Shown piece after piece: positions 26,801 through 41,800 of a stretch of DNA of 64,000 bases. Both the position numbers and the translations under genes were made by a program. The notes below the pieces were generated by a model. The model was not told the origin of the DNA and did no database searches. It saw nothing but the letters and a program-made list of their open reading frames with translations. The DNA comes from Perna viridis (taxonomy: Eukaryota), in the NCBI GenBank assembly GCA_037379345.1, contig CM074512.1, forward strand, positions 59,045,597 to 59,109,596. Reading direction: 5' to 3'. Position 1 is the first letter of the stretch. Every line of letters begins with the position of its first letter.

Positions 26801-29800
26801 AAAAGTATCCCCCTTTTTGAACCTTAATTTATGGACAGAAACGCTGCATGACATGGTAGTTTTTAATTTAAAATTTAAAAGCTATATAGGTGTATTTAAG
26901 CAACATTGCGTTAGATTAGAGAAATTTCACCCTGATCTATTTTTAGATTGTAGTGGAAGTGAGGACCCCCCTATACGGAAATAGCATTGTGAATAATTGC
27001 ACTCTTCTATCCTTCTGTAATCTCTAATGAACAATCAGCTGACCAGGGTTATGATGATGATTCCTCATATACTGAACCTCATGGTGTTCATTTAATGAAA
27101 AGAAAGAGTTCCTCAAATGTCCATAATATTATTTTGCATCTTTCTTTCACAAAGACTAAGATTGAGGTGTTTAGGCAAGAGAAATTGTTTGGACTAAATC
27201 CCCTTAATGTTCAAAACTGAACACGGACTCCACTTCAATTAACATTAATGGAAAGAACGAAAGATGTGTTCAATGCATTTTTAAGTAGTAGAGATATGTT
27301 TGATTGTAAATAAAAGTTTTCTCATTTTTTTTTTTTTTATTAAAATTTCAAAATTTCCACTGAAGCAATCAAAGTTAAAAGGTATGTACACCACACTTTC
27401 AACTATCATACAACAGGTCACCTCTGACACAGTATTAGTTCTGCACTGGGCAAAATACTTATACATGTAAATATTAACCTTGGCATTTAATTTTCTTTGT
27501 CATCTACAGTATACCTACATTAACAATCATCCTTTTAGTGATGCTATTTTTGAAATATAACAAATATAATTATGATGTGTTTTGATCACTTTAAACTGTT
27601 TCAATGGCATTGAACTCTTAGAAAATCATGTAAAAGAGTGGTATATGATATAAGACAATTTTAGCTGTTTCATGACCTCTTCAAAAATGTTTTCTCCCTA
27701 TTACATGTATCTCACTGAAACAAAGGTAAGGTGATACCCTATGCATTCTTATCTTCTTCAACAAGAACAAATTAACTGAAATACCTCCAGTGGGACCAAT
27801 AATTATTGTTTTGAATAATTACTTTATTAAAGAGAACTTATTAGTGAATTACATAGTATTATAAACAAGGTTTAGTATTTATTTATAGTTTTAATTGCCT
27901 TATGAATAGAACGGAAAAATTCCAAACAAAACAAGAGGTTACATGCAATGTCACACCAAATACACCATTTACTCTGAAAGTTATCAAAATCATCAAACAG
28001 GTTCTTGAAGTTCAGCATAACTGAATTAGAAAAAAAATCTTGTCAAGTTATTACAATGTAATAAATGAGAAATCATTCTGAGTAAATATGGCAAAAAATG
28101 ACGACAAGAAATCATTCTGTCTAAATATGGAAAAAAATGACGGTAAGAAATCATTCTGTCTAAATATGGAAAAAATGCTATTTTATATAGTTCAATTGAA
28201 CAGGTAATTTGGGACAAACAAAACTGAAAATAAAAAAAGTACCAAGAATCATGTCAAAGCTGTGTATCAGATATCTGTTTTTTTTCCTCAGATCAGAAAA
28301 TAAATGAAAAGAGAAAGAAACAGACAGACCATGTGAAGCTCTCATTCATATTATTAACAGCCAATAACTATCATTCTCATATTATAGACAGACAAAAACC
28401 ATCATTCCATTTTTTTAAATTACACAAGACCACTGACCATTCTAAAGACTGTCTACAACATCTTAACCATTAAGATTTAATAATCAATAAGATTGATCCT
28501 CCACATGATCGTTACATTGATCCAAACTTTCAGTCTCAGAAAATGAATTGAACAACAACACATCCATATTATAAACCTGCATGAGAAACAACCGATATGA
28601 TTTGACAACTGATAATATCAATATCAATGTCTATAATACAATGACATAGCAACTCCAAATATTTACACTGGTACTTCATAAAATATTCAATAAGCATCTC
28701 AATATAAAATAGAGCAACACAGACACTGACCAAAGCGACATCAGATTTACACAATATTTCTAATATTAAATTATAAAAGTATTTTGATTTTGCAGTTTTC
28801 ATTCAAAATAAAACACTAGGAAATAATATTTCCAATCCATATAAATACATTGTCAGTGGGCAGGAAATGATATGTTTCATAATAAGTAAAAATATCAACT
28901 TAAGTTATTTGATTTCAACATTATAACAAATGAACCTCAAAAAATTATGATGTTGAAATAAAATAAAGTGAGTTGGTATTTAGTAATTTTCACATTTCAC
29001 AAGTTGTTCAATCTTTTTTTAGAATAATTGACTGCTCTATATTCAGCATTTGTCGTGACCGAAATTATAGTGACTGTCCATCAATGACATCACCAATTGT
29101 TACGGGAGAACAGCATAAGAAATGTCACAACAATGTTTTCGTCCCATCAGATTTAATAGATAATGTGACACAATCACACAACAACCATATTATTATGGCA
29201 AATTATTTATATAACTTGTCTGTATCAAATCATCCCATAATGTGAATTTGCAAAATATCCACTAATCAAAGAAAAGGACAAAACAATCAATTCAAAGAGA
29301 AGAATTTTTCTTCAAATGGGTCATTTTCAGCTTCAATGAAACTATGGCCCTTGGAACCTGCCTTTTCCAATAAGTGCTTAGTGTGCTTTAACAGCTTTCG
29401 CCATTATGTTTTGTTATTAATTTTATGCAATTGTTGCCTGACCATCAGGTTTAGACAATGTCTGATAGCGTTGATATTTTGAAACATTTAACATACAATT
29501 ATACTAATGCTTTTCCTTTTTATTTCTTATAAATTAAGATTTGAAAAAGTATTTTATTGACCAGAATCTTATTCATATCAGTACATTAAAAAATATTCAT
29601 TATGACCAAAGATAGAAAAATAACTGCATTGACAATTCCCATTTGTGTTACCTTACCACTAAAACAGTTAAAAAATTAATAGAAAGACCTCCAACAAATT
29701 ATTAAAGAACAGAATTCTATTGAAAAGATTTTCAAATATTGGCTTAAAGGTCCATTAAATATTTAATAGTTTCTTCAGAAAATGAGTAAGTGGACATTGA

Positions 29801-32800
29801 CCAAAAGGGACTGGTCATTAAACTTTCACTTGGTCCACACGATTACTTATTGATTCAGTTATTAAATCTCTTATCAATTAAAGGATTAGCACTTTGATCA
29901 ACTGCCTTCCATAACAAACACTTCCTGTCAGAAAACCGGGACAAGGTCATCTAGCCACAATAATACACTTCTCATTTTACACTTCATTATTGTATGGTTA
30001 CAAAGCATCCCCTAATTAATGGATAGATTTCTAAATAATCAAAGCCTGTTTTTATGTGATGAAATTAGTAATTTCCGAATGGCCTCGATACAGAAAAGTA
30101 AAGATATTGATTTATGACATTACAGATGCAGACCTATTTACAGCAGATGGGTAATATAAGAATAAATACAACAGTAACTACAATTCCACCAGAAAGCCTA
30201 ATGAAAGCAGAAAAGGGACTACTATTCATATTCCACTCAAAAATAAAAATGCTTTGCAAGGCACAGCTTGATACAACTGCAGAGGTTGAACCTTGAACAT
30301 TGATACACCATTCAAACTTGACACACCTTTAAATTTTGATTACAATTTGATACAGCATAAAATTTGACTAGAACCAAAATGGTCACTTTTTGGCCCCTTT
30401 TCCTGAATGGTTCCAGTCAAAACCTGGATATGGCACATTGTGGTACTATTTCAAAGCAACCCAGTTCCTTTCATTCAAGTTATTGTCCAGAAATCAGCAA
30501 AAAAAAAAGAAGCAAACTTGCTGCTGGCCCCTTATGGCTCAAGACATTACCCCAAAAATCTGTCTGCGTCTTCCTTTTGTGGTAAGGCACCTTTTAAAAT
30601 TTATATGAGACCCATTCATTTTTACTCTATGATTGTATCTGGCCCCTTTTTGGCCCTTAATTCCTACAGGGATCAAGTCTTAACACCCAAAATCAATCCA
30701 AGTCTACCTTTGGTTCTTTGGTACATTGTAAAGCAATATCAGATAGATCCATTCACAAATAGTTAAGTTTAGATGGCCATCAGGAAAATGCTTGTTTCTA
30801 AACCCTAAAAATTACTACCAACTTTCCTTATTTGGTTTAGAACCTTTTCATACAAAACTTCATAAATTTCAACCAACTAATACTCAAATCATTGCACCAA
30901 AACCTAGTGTCTAGGGATGACAACGACAACAGCACCATACCAAAATACAATTTTTTTTGTGGTTGTATAAAAACCTAGCAATTACCACTTCATTTAACAC
31001 TGATGCTACACTAGCCACATTGCATAATGATAAACATTCATACTCTAAGAAGGGCTTATATTCTCAATATTCTGAATTCCCTTCAACTGTTTGTGCCTCT
31101 GCGAGCATGACTGAAGGTTTGACAATTTTTAAAACTACAGTATGGTTTTCCACTCTTATAAATGTTTTGGATCAAGCAACTTTAGTTAAGGTCATACTAA
31201 CTCAGAAAATATATAGACTAATGTAACATAATAATTTGTAGTGATGTAGAAAGGGAAGTAACCAATTACTCCTACAGCTTAAAATAAAAACCTTTTTATT
31301 CCAAACGTGTATTCATATTATAAAGACTAATAATATTTCAATTTATCAGTTCAGCCCACTATAAATGATTGGACAATTCTAGACAAGCAATGCCAATGAC
31401 TGCTAAGTCTGGATAATCAAATCAGGAACTACAAAAAAACCTGAGGCAAAGCTTGAAGCAAAAACCACTAGTCTACAACCCAAGAACTAATGAAAGCCTT
31501 TCACACATTTTAACATCCAAGGAATTACTAAAAATATGGAGTGCTGTTGACAAATAAATTATATATTTTGTTTTACCAAAACAGCTATACTTTTCTACAA
31601 CACTAAATTCTTAAAAAAGGTAGATAAATGCTATAGATATTAATCCGAACTACTCGGCCATTTCTGCTACACTAAAAAATTGCCTCAGATGCAGAAAGGA
31701 GAATTACTTCTAGAAAAATTTGCTGGAATTGTAGTCATACACAAATCAAAGTAGTTCTATCCACCAGGTGGCACTAAAAATTTCAGTTGGATAGCACTAG
31801 AAATAAAGAACAACAACTCTTCCAGGAATTTTGGCGCAAAGCAAGGAGCTAAGAAAAAAGTAATGGTAAAAAATTCAACAAGTTTAACTATAATTTTAGA
31901 ATTAGATCGGTCAAATTCCAACAGATCCATCTGCCTAGTGCCTCCAAGGTTTTTCTTTTGTGTAACTAGAAAGGCTGAGGTGTTCCGATTGAGAGAGAGA
32001 TAATTGACTTACCTAATGATTGTACAGTAGAGTCAAAATGAAGCTCTGCTGCTTGTCTTCTACTAGACTTTAATTTTCCTGTCATATTAACAACTTTAAC
32101 ATATTCTGGAAAAATAAATAAAACTTTCATAATAAAGCAACTCATTCAAACCTTTATGAAAACAAGATCTTGCACACTAGGTCATGCTTAGAATACCCCA
32201 CTTCAACTATTTTTGTCAAATCTGGAAAGGGGGGTTGTGGTTGGCAACATTTTTTTTATATTGCTGGGGGGGTCTTTTACAAGTTTTGTCCCCCCTCCCC
32301 ATGTAAATTTAAATGGAACAGCCATGAGAAAAAAGGAAAAAAATTTCAATATAATAACCTAAAAAGTACTAAGTTACATGGTAAGCAAGAAGTAAACAAG
32401 CATTCTGAGAGTATTGCAAAACAATACATTTATATCATTAACCCAAATACTACCTTGGGTCATCAAGTATAAATAACAAATTGAGGAAATGACCATGATT
32501 TTCAACAGAAAAAGGGATATGGACAGAGACAAGAAAGATGTTAAAATCCATTTAACAGACACAGATTTGCAAAGTTTTATGCATGTACAAATGGACAGAT
32601 TAGTTTTTAAATTCCATACCAATCTAAATGATAAATTGTGTGATCTCTTGTTATATTAACATATTGTCACAATGAGACAATGTTAACAGGTTTTCTTTAG
32701 AAAAAAATCATGTAAAACTGAAATTTTGGTATAGTGCGTAATATTGAAAGTTGGTAACTTTTAAAAAAAATCAGCAAAGCAGAATGAAACCTAAACTTGA

Positions 32801-35800
32801 TCTGTAACTCATCAAGGTTGACTCACATACCAAAATTCAGCTCAATATCTGCATGCATTTAGAAAAAAAGAGCAGAAAACTTGTTACTTGGACAAAAATC
32901 AGCAAAGCAAAACGAAACCTAAACTTGATCTGTAACTCATCAAGGTTGACTCACATACCAAAAATCAATTTTTCTCTGAACTGACGTCCTCTTCGGTTAA
33001 AGCCAGTAGGGGTCTAATAAGAGTACATCCTGAATAGGGGAGATACGGCACAAATCATCATGCAAAACTAATCAACCAAAATCTAAGCATTCCCTGTAAT
33101 AGAAGCTGTGAAATCTTGTTACAGAAAACTGTCATAGACAGATGGACAAAGTGATTGCAATATGAACTCCACTCATTAGATCTTTATTAAGAAAATTTTT
33201 CAATCATAGAAATGAAAAAAAGCATTGATTTTCTGCTGAAGAATTACATACTTACTATCATAACAGACTAGAATAGTATCTCTCTCTAACTGAGTAACAT
33301 TAACAACTGGTAATGATTCACCTGCAATTATCAAAATACATTGCTTAATTATTTAACTCAAAACTTAATTTTAAATTCATTATACAAGGTTGCAGCAAAA
33401 TGATAAATTCAGAAACTATCACACTATGAATTAACCTTAGTTTAAAGATATAAACAACATATCAAAATTGGAAGCATTATTCACTTGCAATGCAAACACA
33501 TTGTTGAATGTGTCAGCAAAGTCACACTGATATCTTCCCAAAATAACTTATTTTGCAGCTTAAAATTAAGATTGCACAACCAAACTTCATATCATTCCCA
33601 TTTAGAGTTCTCAAGCATTATCAACAATAATTAATGGAACCTAAGAATGTACTAACAGCATTAATATCCAAGTACCAGTAAATATAAAATTTCAGACACT
33701 GCCTATAGTAGAGGTGATTCATAGTGTAGATAAGCCACAAAACGAATATTTTTGTGGTCTACATATGGTTTATTTTTATATCATGATAGCCCTTCCTGTA
33801 TTCAGATCTGCATTTTGAGAAAACCACACATTCGTCTCCCACTGAAATCAACCAAATTATACCAAATCAAGAATGATAGCTCTTGCAAAGTACAAATTTT
33901 ATATTTGCAACAACCAAATGAAAGCCTGTATGTAGTCTGTACTTGTTTCTATTTTTGAAATATCCTGGTGAAAGTGAATTTGGTGGGTTTTAGACATGCA
34001 TAAATCACCTCCTCTCTTATTTTTTTTGAAGTCTGCTACTTAATATCACTAAGACAGGACAACACCTACCTTCGTTACATTCCATAAACCAATTGGCATT
34101 GGAATTCAGATTAATTATATCGAACTGAACATGGTTTCTATCATGCCTAAAACATAACAGACATTTAGTGTCAGATGCAAATTTATTATGAACTTCTTTC
34201 ATTATTCCATATATATACAGGGTTTTTTCCAGGATTTGAAAGGCTTTAGTCACTTTTGCGGTCGGGTATTTTTCAAATTTCAAGAATAATAAAAACAAAG
34301 TCAATCATATTTATTACATATATTTTATTTCTTTTTCAGCATCAAGTAACAATAAAAAGTATAAAGTACATTAATAATAAAATATATAGATAAAACTTTG
34401 TGTTGGTTAATTGTTAATACATACATGTATATCTATAGACATAAAAATAGCACTGTCTTCCAGCACTAAAGCAGAGACTGGAATGTCCCTGACTGACCAT
34501 AAAACACTCAGAACTAATAATGAAGAATCCTCCTATCCTTGACAAGAGCCCACAACTGAAAAGCTCTTCTATAATTGAAATCCCTGAAGCCCACTCGATG
34601 CAGAGACAACTTCATGAGAGTGTCAACTGATGAAACCTTCAACCTGTTCCTAAGGTAAGTCTTGATGAGATTGTATCTACTGAAGCCCCTCTCACAGTCA
34701 ACTGAAGAAATAGCAGAGAGCAGACATATAGAAAGAAGCTTGCCAACATTAGGGAAGTCCAACAAGAAAGAATCCTTGGCCAGAACAGAAGAAATCACAG
34801 AATCAATTCTAACATCCTTATAACCAGTCAAGACATGTTTAAACAACAGCCACTCCTCCCTGAACTGAACCTCATCGATCAAAGCCTTGTGACCATCCCT
34901 ATCCTGTCCAAAGTAACTACAAAGAAACTCAACATGCTCTTTCCCGTAAGACAACAACTCCTGACTACCACTAGAAGGCACTAACTTAGGATCAAAAATA
35001 GACAAACCCTCAAAAACCTTTTTTTGGTTGTGTGACCTGTGACTCAGGGTCACGTGTAGAAGTAAAGAAATTTGTAATCATGACGATGTACAAGAATGAC
35101 GAAAATAGATTCATCCTATCTATTTATGTCTCTTGAGAATTTGAGTATGAGCAGCTCAAAATGTCACACACAAGCCGTAATTTTAACTAATCATAATTCT
35201 TTTGTCGGCTCGTTATCATTCAATTACGCAGTTACACTTCAATAGGATTACCTGTGTAAACATCGACACCAATTTATTGGGATTAAGGTGAAATCATTTA
35301 ATTGACAGTTAATTGGCTTGGGTCGTAAACTTGTCGTTTAATTGTAGTAAGAATCGAATTTTAGTGGCGATAAAAATTATACGTTTTGATTTTTTAAGTG
35401 ACGAAAGTAACCAAATTTTTTTTCGGGAATATAAAAAGGCTTTCGCCAATGACGAAAGTGACGAGCGCTCGGAAAATCCCTGTATATATCTTATACTACA
35501 TGTACTATAAAATGATACCAAATCAAGAATAACTTTTCATTATCTATGAAAGCATGAACCTAAAAGTTATTTAAGGTAATATAAACAAAATAATCACACA
35601 TTTTTTTTTATTAATATTGATATTAAAGGAAAGTAGTAAAAGGCAGAAGGTATAAATAGTATGAAAGAGTATTTACCCTTTTCGAATACCCGTACATATC
35701 ATAGGATATTCAAGTTCAGGGGAGATAAACATCTCAAATACTGAAAGGTCCTGGGGCATGTCTTCAAAATCAAATGTCTGAAATAAAGATATATAAATAC

Positions 35801-38800
35801 AATTATTCAGTTTTTAAGCAGTTTCATGTGACTTGAGGATCTTAATTTTTTATCAAAAAAATCACTGTATCAATGTCTTTTCTAATTAAACTAAGATAAA
35901 GTTGATTAAAGTATCTAAAAAAAAGGTGTCTTAAGGATATGACTGTTATATTTTTTTGTCTATTTGAAAAAGCTAAATGCCTGCGATGCACACCAAATTA
36001 CCTTCTGACTATTATATTTTTCAGTCCATTAGGAAACAACCTCAATCATGTGGTTCCCACTTGAAAATAACCTGCTATGCAGATTACTTGGTATGCACCA
36101 TGGGCATTGAGACTATTTCAAATAGAACAAATAACTATAACAGTCATTCCTTATAATTTAATTTTAGTATCAACATTTAAGGAATAAATCACCAAAAAAG
36201 GTTGATGACATCACAGTAACATTACAAAATTTGGTTTATGAGATGAAGGACAAAATTTTTTATCCAATCAGAAAGTGTGTTACATCTGAAATTAAATAAC
36301 AGTGAAATAAACTTTAAAAAATCTACAACACCTGGGTAACATATTAAAATTCCAAAAGAAACAATTATATTTGATTTCCACTCCATTGTTTATTCTGATT
36401 TTAACTTGAGTTAACAGCATATTCTGGTTAGACTTTGGGCTAAAATCTGGCACTCACTACAGGTACAACATACGCAAGTACATAAATACCTTACTATTTA
36501 ATTCAATGACTACCAACCTTTAACAACATAAATTTATTGAGTGGCTCATACCACTGCATCAATATAATTCCTGTGGGCAGAGCACCACACAGATATTTAT
36601 ATCCATTGTATGGGTTTCTTCCAACACAGCATTTACTGCAGCCTTTAGTATCAGGGACTTTTGTTGTGGGCGTGAACCTCCTGAAACAGAAGAAAACAAT
36701 AATAAAAATTAAAATAAATAAGTTGCTGGCACAAAAATAAATCTTTCCAGGATATGTGTAATCTCGTACTGATATTCAATATAGTTACTGAAACTGCATT
36801 CATTGATGTCATAAAATACAAATAATCCTGCAAATTGAATTTTTCATTCCTTAATTTTTGAAGTGATCTATACCAAAAAAAAAAAAAAAGAAAGAAAAAT
36901 TGTCAATTTAAAAGACAATGTACTTTCCACTAAGACCTTCAAAATGGCATAAATTTCAGAAGTAGTTACATATATAATGACGTAAATCAAGTTTCTTTAA
37001 GATGACATGAGAATTGATCTCATACAATAGTTTACCTTGGTACAAGTTTCTCTGGTATTTTGTTCATTGGTAAGGAGAATCTGTTGGTCTGCTTAGAATG
37101 AATCATCATAAGGTCATGTCGCCACAAATTCGGGGTTTTACCTGAAAATATGTTGCTATATACAATTGGGGAAAAACAGTAAGTCAGAAGGACTAAAGCT
37201 TGAAAACAATACCATCTTCATTCTGTTCAGACTGAACTCAAGTTATCACACAAAAAGCAAGTGTCTTCATACCAAAAGGACATTGACAGCAGCTTTCTAT
37301 TCCAATCAAATGAAAAATAAAAAGATGGAAAGTATACATGTGATAAGCTTTTTGCTTTTTGAAAGAGATCAAAATTGACCAGACAAAATTGCAGTCTTCA
37401 AAATTTAACCAACCCGACATTATTTGAAACATTATCTTTTATATGCTTTCATAAATCGATAAACAGTTTAGTACATGTTAATACATTCAACAGACACCTT
37501 ACCTGATATTGTCATGAGAATGTCTTTTATTACATAAACCCACGTACATCTTCGGGCATGGAGCTGGAAAGACATAAAAATAAAAGTATTGTAATGCTTA
37601 TATCAAAGCTGCAGACATAAATAATAAGCATACAACTCGAACTGAGAGTAAAATCACTCACCACTCACAACTTTTAAAACACTCAAGTTTGATTATCTTT
37701 CTTAATAAATATCTGGCATTAATTTTCTAGCTTCAGTCATAACTAAGTAACATATCCGACCTTCATTTAAAGTTGCACTAAACAGTTGAGAATGAGTTGT
37801 AGTTACATGGACAAGATAGACGAGCAGATGGAGAAAAAGATTTCCACCAAAACTAAGCTTGTGGGGGCCACAATAAAACTTAATAGTCTAATCTTACATG
37901 ATAACATACTAAAGATTTCACATGACATAATTTTATAAAGACTATACTAACACTAGTTTCTCCACTACAGAATAATCAATCTGTTCTATAACAATTATTA
38001 AAATTAAGCTCTAGTTTTGACAAGATTTACACCATAACTGATAAGATTGCAACCAGAAAAGGTACGTGTATAAAATTAAATGCATATACATGTATAAGTG
38101 ATCTACAACAACATCTGAAAAGATTCGAGTTCAGAGTATGTTCAACATCAATATCTTATCTTCATATAATCATAACCTACCAATTCTAAAGATGATTCAT
38201 GTATCTCGTTCAAATTTAAGGTGTACAGGCCTTCATTAGCACCAATTAATATATACTGATCTGAAAAAATAGAAAAGACATTAAATAATTAGATCCCAAA
38301 ATACGCCAAGATATCACTGTCCCTCTGTGGCCAATATTAGTCATTAATTTCTTTGACTCAGCACTAGCTATGTTGTAACACCAAATCATCAAGCTCAAGT
38401 TCTCAAAAGGACACTTTTTGGGACACATTCATGTGAATATTTATACCAAGTATCAGGAAGTCACTCCTTAAAACTTGGAGCTACAGAGAAAATACAATTA
38501 TATGATTGGACACTGTTAAGGACAGTCGATTTTATACTTGGTGACCATCCCCACCACCAGGGGCTCTAGTGTCAACACTTTCAGCAATTTACTATGAATT
38601 TCTTATTTGCAACTTAAAAAAAAATAATATAGATTACCTAACACCCATTGCAATATTAAGTTGGTGACTTAACTTCTATTCTAAGAATTTTAATGAACTA
38701 GAATTTTAGCAGATTCAGCAAACTTCCATTTGGACTATACAATGATGTTAGATTATCTTCATATAAAAGCATCATCTTAATGACAAATATACATATATAC

Positions 38801-41800
38801 AATACCCAATCTTCATATAGAGTTTCATAAAAATTCCTTGAATGGAGAATAAATTCGTGCTTACAAGGTATATATACATGGGCATTTCTAAAGATATCCC
38901 AAAAACTTAGTGGGATAAAATTTGGTGGGGACTGAATGATGATCTAGGATATTACAGCAAAGAAAAGTAAGTTAATAGAGTTTTAATACCTAAATTCATC
39001 AGTATCCACCTCAGAAACAATATGCCAATAAATTACGTAACTTGCACCAAAGTTAAGAGAAAATGTACAAAACAAATTGTACCAAAATTTTGCTTCAAAA
39101 AATTCTTAATGAAAAACATTTTACCTCTAGTATCAGGATGAACCCAGCTTGCCGTACATAGTATAGTCAGGGGACATCCATTGAACACCTTGGAAAAACA
39201 TGCTCCCATCTGAAAAGTACATTACTAAATCATCTAGTCTTAATTTCAAAGATATGTATTGTTAATTCAGACTTGTACTCGCATTTTACTGAAACATTAA
39301 CCTATATTTTAACCCTCATGATCTGCATAAAAAAATTCCCCCTTAACTCTACTTGCATCATAATCAACTAAGTATTGCATATTTGCAATTGTGACATAAA
39401 AATTGAACTTGAATCGCCCTTTAAACACTTATTGGCAAACGTATCTTGTATTTGAAACAATTAAATTTTTTTTAAATCTTTGATAGCATTCAAATTCTTT
39501 TTTCTTTTTTGTTGCTTAATCTAAATTGGCATTTTAATCCAGTCATACTGACATGTGTCTCTTTAGAATCAAAGTAATAAGTATGATGTATGTGGTTATA
39601 AATATAATGAAAAGGACATGAAGAGAAAAATGTTAAAAGATGACTACTTGTATGGTTATTCAGCTATTACCATCAAAATTTTACAATGATTTATCAAATC
39701 TTTATCCTAACAAAAGTTAACATCATCCCTTACTATGAAAGTCTTAACAGATCAAACTGTAAATCAATTAATCTTTTTACTTTGTATTTATCTGATCTTT
39801 AGTTAAAATACTACAGTCAAACCTCAGTAGCTCGAACTCCAAGGAACCATAGAAATGTGTTCGAGTTATCGGGAGTTCGAGATATTGAAGTTCGTAGATT
39901 TCCGAATTTTTTCCCTTGCCAGTCCGAGTTCAACTTTATCATTAGAAATTGCTTTCTTCCTACAAAGTTTTGTTAGTTCTTGGATATTTTTAATTCACTT
40001 TCAGAAGATTACGTTGATTTGTTGACATTAAAAATGCTATGTTTTCTTTTAAAAACATTCAGAGTTTGAGTTCCTTGTTCAATTATTTATTTTCATCTGC
40101 TTATCTTTTATGCTTTCTTCAAGTCAACCTCAGAACATTCTCGCCCTTTAGTTAGATTTAATCATATGTTAGATAAAACTACCTAATTAGTGATGGCTTA
40201 AACATTACCTTTAATTAACTAAAATGGCACTTTGATTAATGATAGGGTTTCAGTTTTTCACACCTTTTATTACCCAAGCTGACAAAATGGCTGATGAGTC
40301 CGAGTTAGTGACGGTTATTCTCTAAGACTTATAACCGAACGGACCGACTAGGCACTTCGAGTGTTTGAGAAATCCAAGGTTATTTAAACTGATTATATAG
40401 GAGAAAAGTTTGGTACTTGAATTGTGTTAGAGAAATCCAGTGTTTGAGCCATCCAAGTTCGAGTGAGTGAAGTTCAACTGTAGATACATGCAAAAGTTAT
40501 TAATCAAAATTTGTTATAATTCTGCCAAGTTTTGTTATGTATTTATGGTTACTAATTTAAGATGGCATTTGAGAGATATCAGACAGGGTCATTCAAAGAA
40601 GTTAATAGGTTATAGGTTAATAGGTGTGTATACACTTTCTTCTTCTTAAAGTACAGTATGTTACATTTTATGTTTTCTTTATTTATTTCATAACTATGAT
40701 TCTACTTAAAAAGATTTAACAACATTAAAAAATTGCAGTACACAAACACCTCATTTCAACAATTAAATCGATTGAACTGACCATGAATAATTAAAGTTTA
40801 TTGAGTGAAAGTTTAATATCACAAAATATCAACTCAAGTTATTTAATTTCAAAATTAAATAAAGCCAATATTTTGCAATATTTAAATTTCAAGAATTATA
40901 AAACATTTCTCTCTATGATTCCATTGGAATGATTGGCCGATTGACATCTGTCATGGGGATTAATTTAAGTGATCATCCTTCTATGATGTCAGGAGAATAA
41001 CGCTAGAAACGCCACAATGTCACTTTTCGCCAATCAGGCGTTTACAGAAATGTATACACAATCATAGAACAACCAATCATAACTGCAAATTTTTCATATC
41101 ACTAATTTGTATATTGTCCATGGTGTGATATTGCAAATATTTAGCCGTCCATGAAGTAGATAGAACGAACAAATCAAAGAGAAGAGAAAACTTACATGAA
41201 CTTTTGGAGTTGGAGGGAGGCCATTGCTGACAGGTCGCCCTGAAGCTGTCTTATCCTAAAAAGTCAAGATTATCATTCTTAAGTGGCAGAATCAACATAA
41301 GGAGAAACAATTTGATATTTTACATATTTTCTTTAATATTGACTGAATAACTGTAGTTTTGAGGTAAGACAAAAATACCTCAGGATCACAAGGCACGTGA
41401 TAGGGTGAGATGATTGAGATATTCTCTATCCTGGCAAAAACAGTTACATTATTCAATTAAAGCAACTGAGTAGCATAATAAGTATCACATGGCACTGTCA
41501 TTAGCAATTGGCGAGTTATGAACCAATGCAGGGATGATTTTATGAGGTCAACAAAGTAGAAATTGGCAAAATCAGAAGTAAATATACAGTAAAAAAAAAA
41601 AGAAAAAAGAAAGAATCGTAACGGTCAAATCCAGATTTTTGGTAGAAGAAAAAAAATCATCCCTGTGAGTACCACAGCAGTAAGACCAATGGAAAAATTT
41701 CAAAGTGATAATGATGATATAATAATTCAAAAACCCACAAAAATTGCTTTTGAAGAGGATAACATGCATTGTAATGACTGGTACAATCCCTAAATCTGTT

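Noticed and set aside
28068-28176. Short repeats resembling a CRISPR array
   Set aside because: Eukaryotic context, no unique spacers, no cas genes; simple tandem repeat.
21513-32012. Possible nested gene in the 10.5-kb MAP4K intron
   Set aside because: Only short low-complexity ORFs and repeats; no recognisable domains or consistent exon chain found by eye.
36551-36552. Apparent donor after MQW in the CNH exon
   Set aside because: The frame continues as conserved [11 protein letters not shown] to the donor at 36517, which gives the right phase.
40291-40320. CTGATGAGTC...GAC hammerhead-like start
   Set aside because: Followed by GGTT rather than GAAA; core incomplete.
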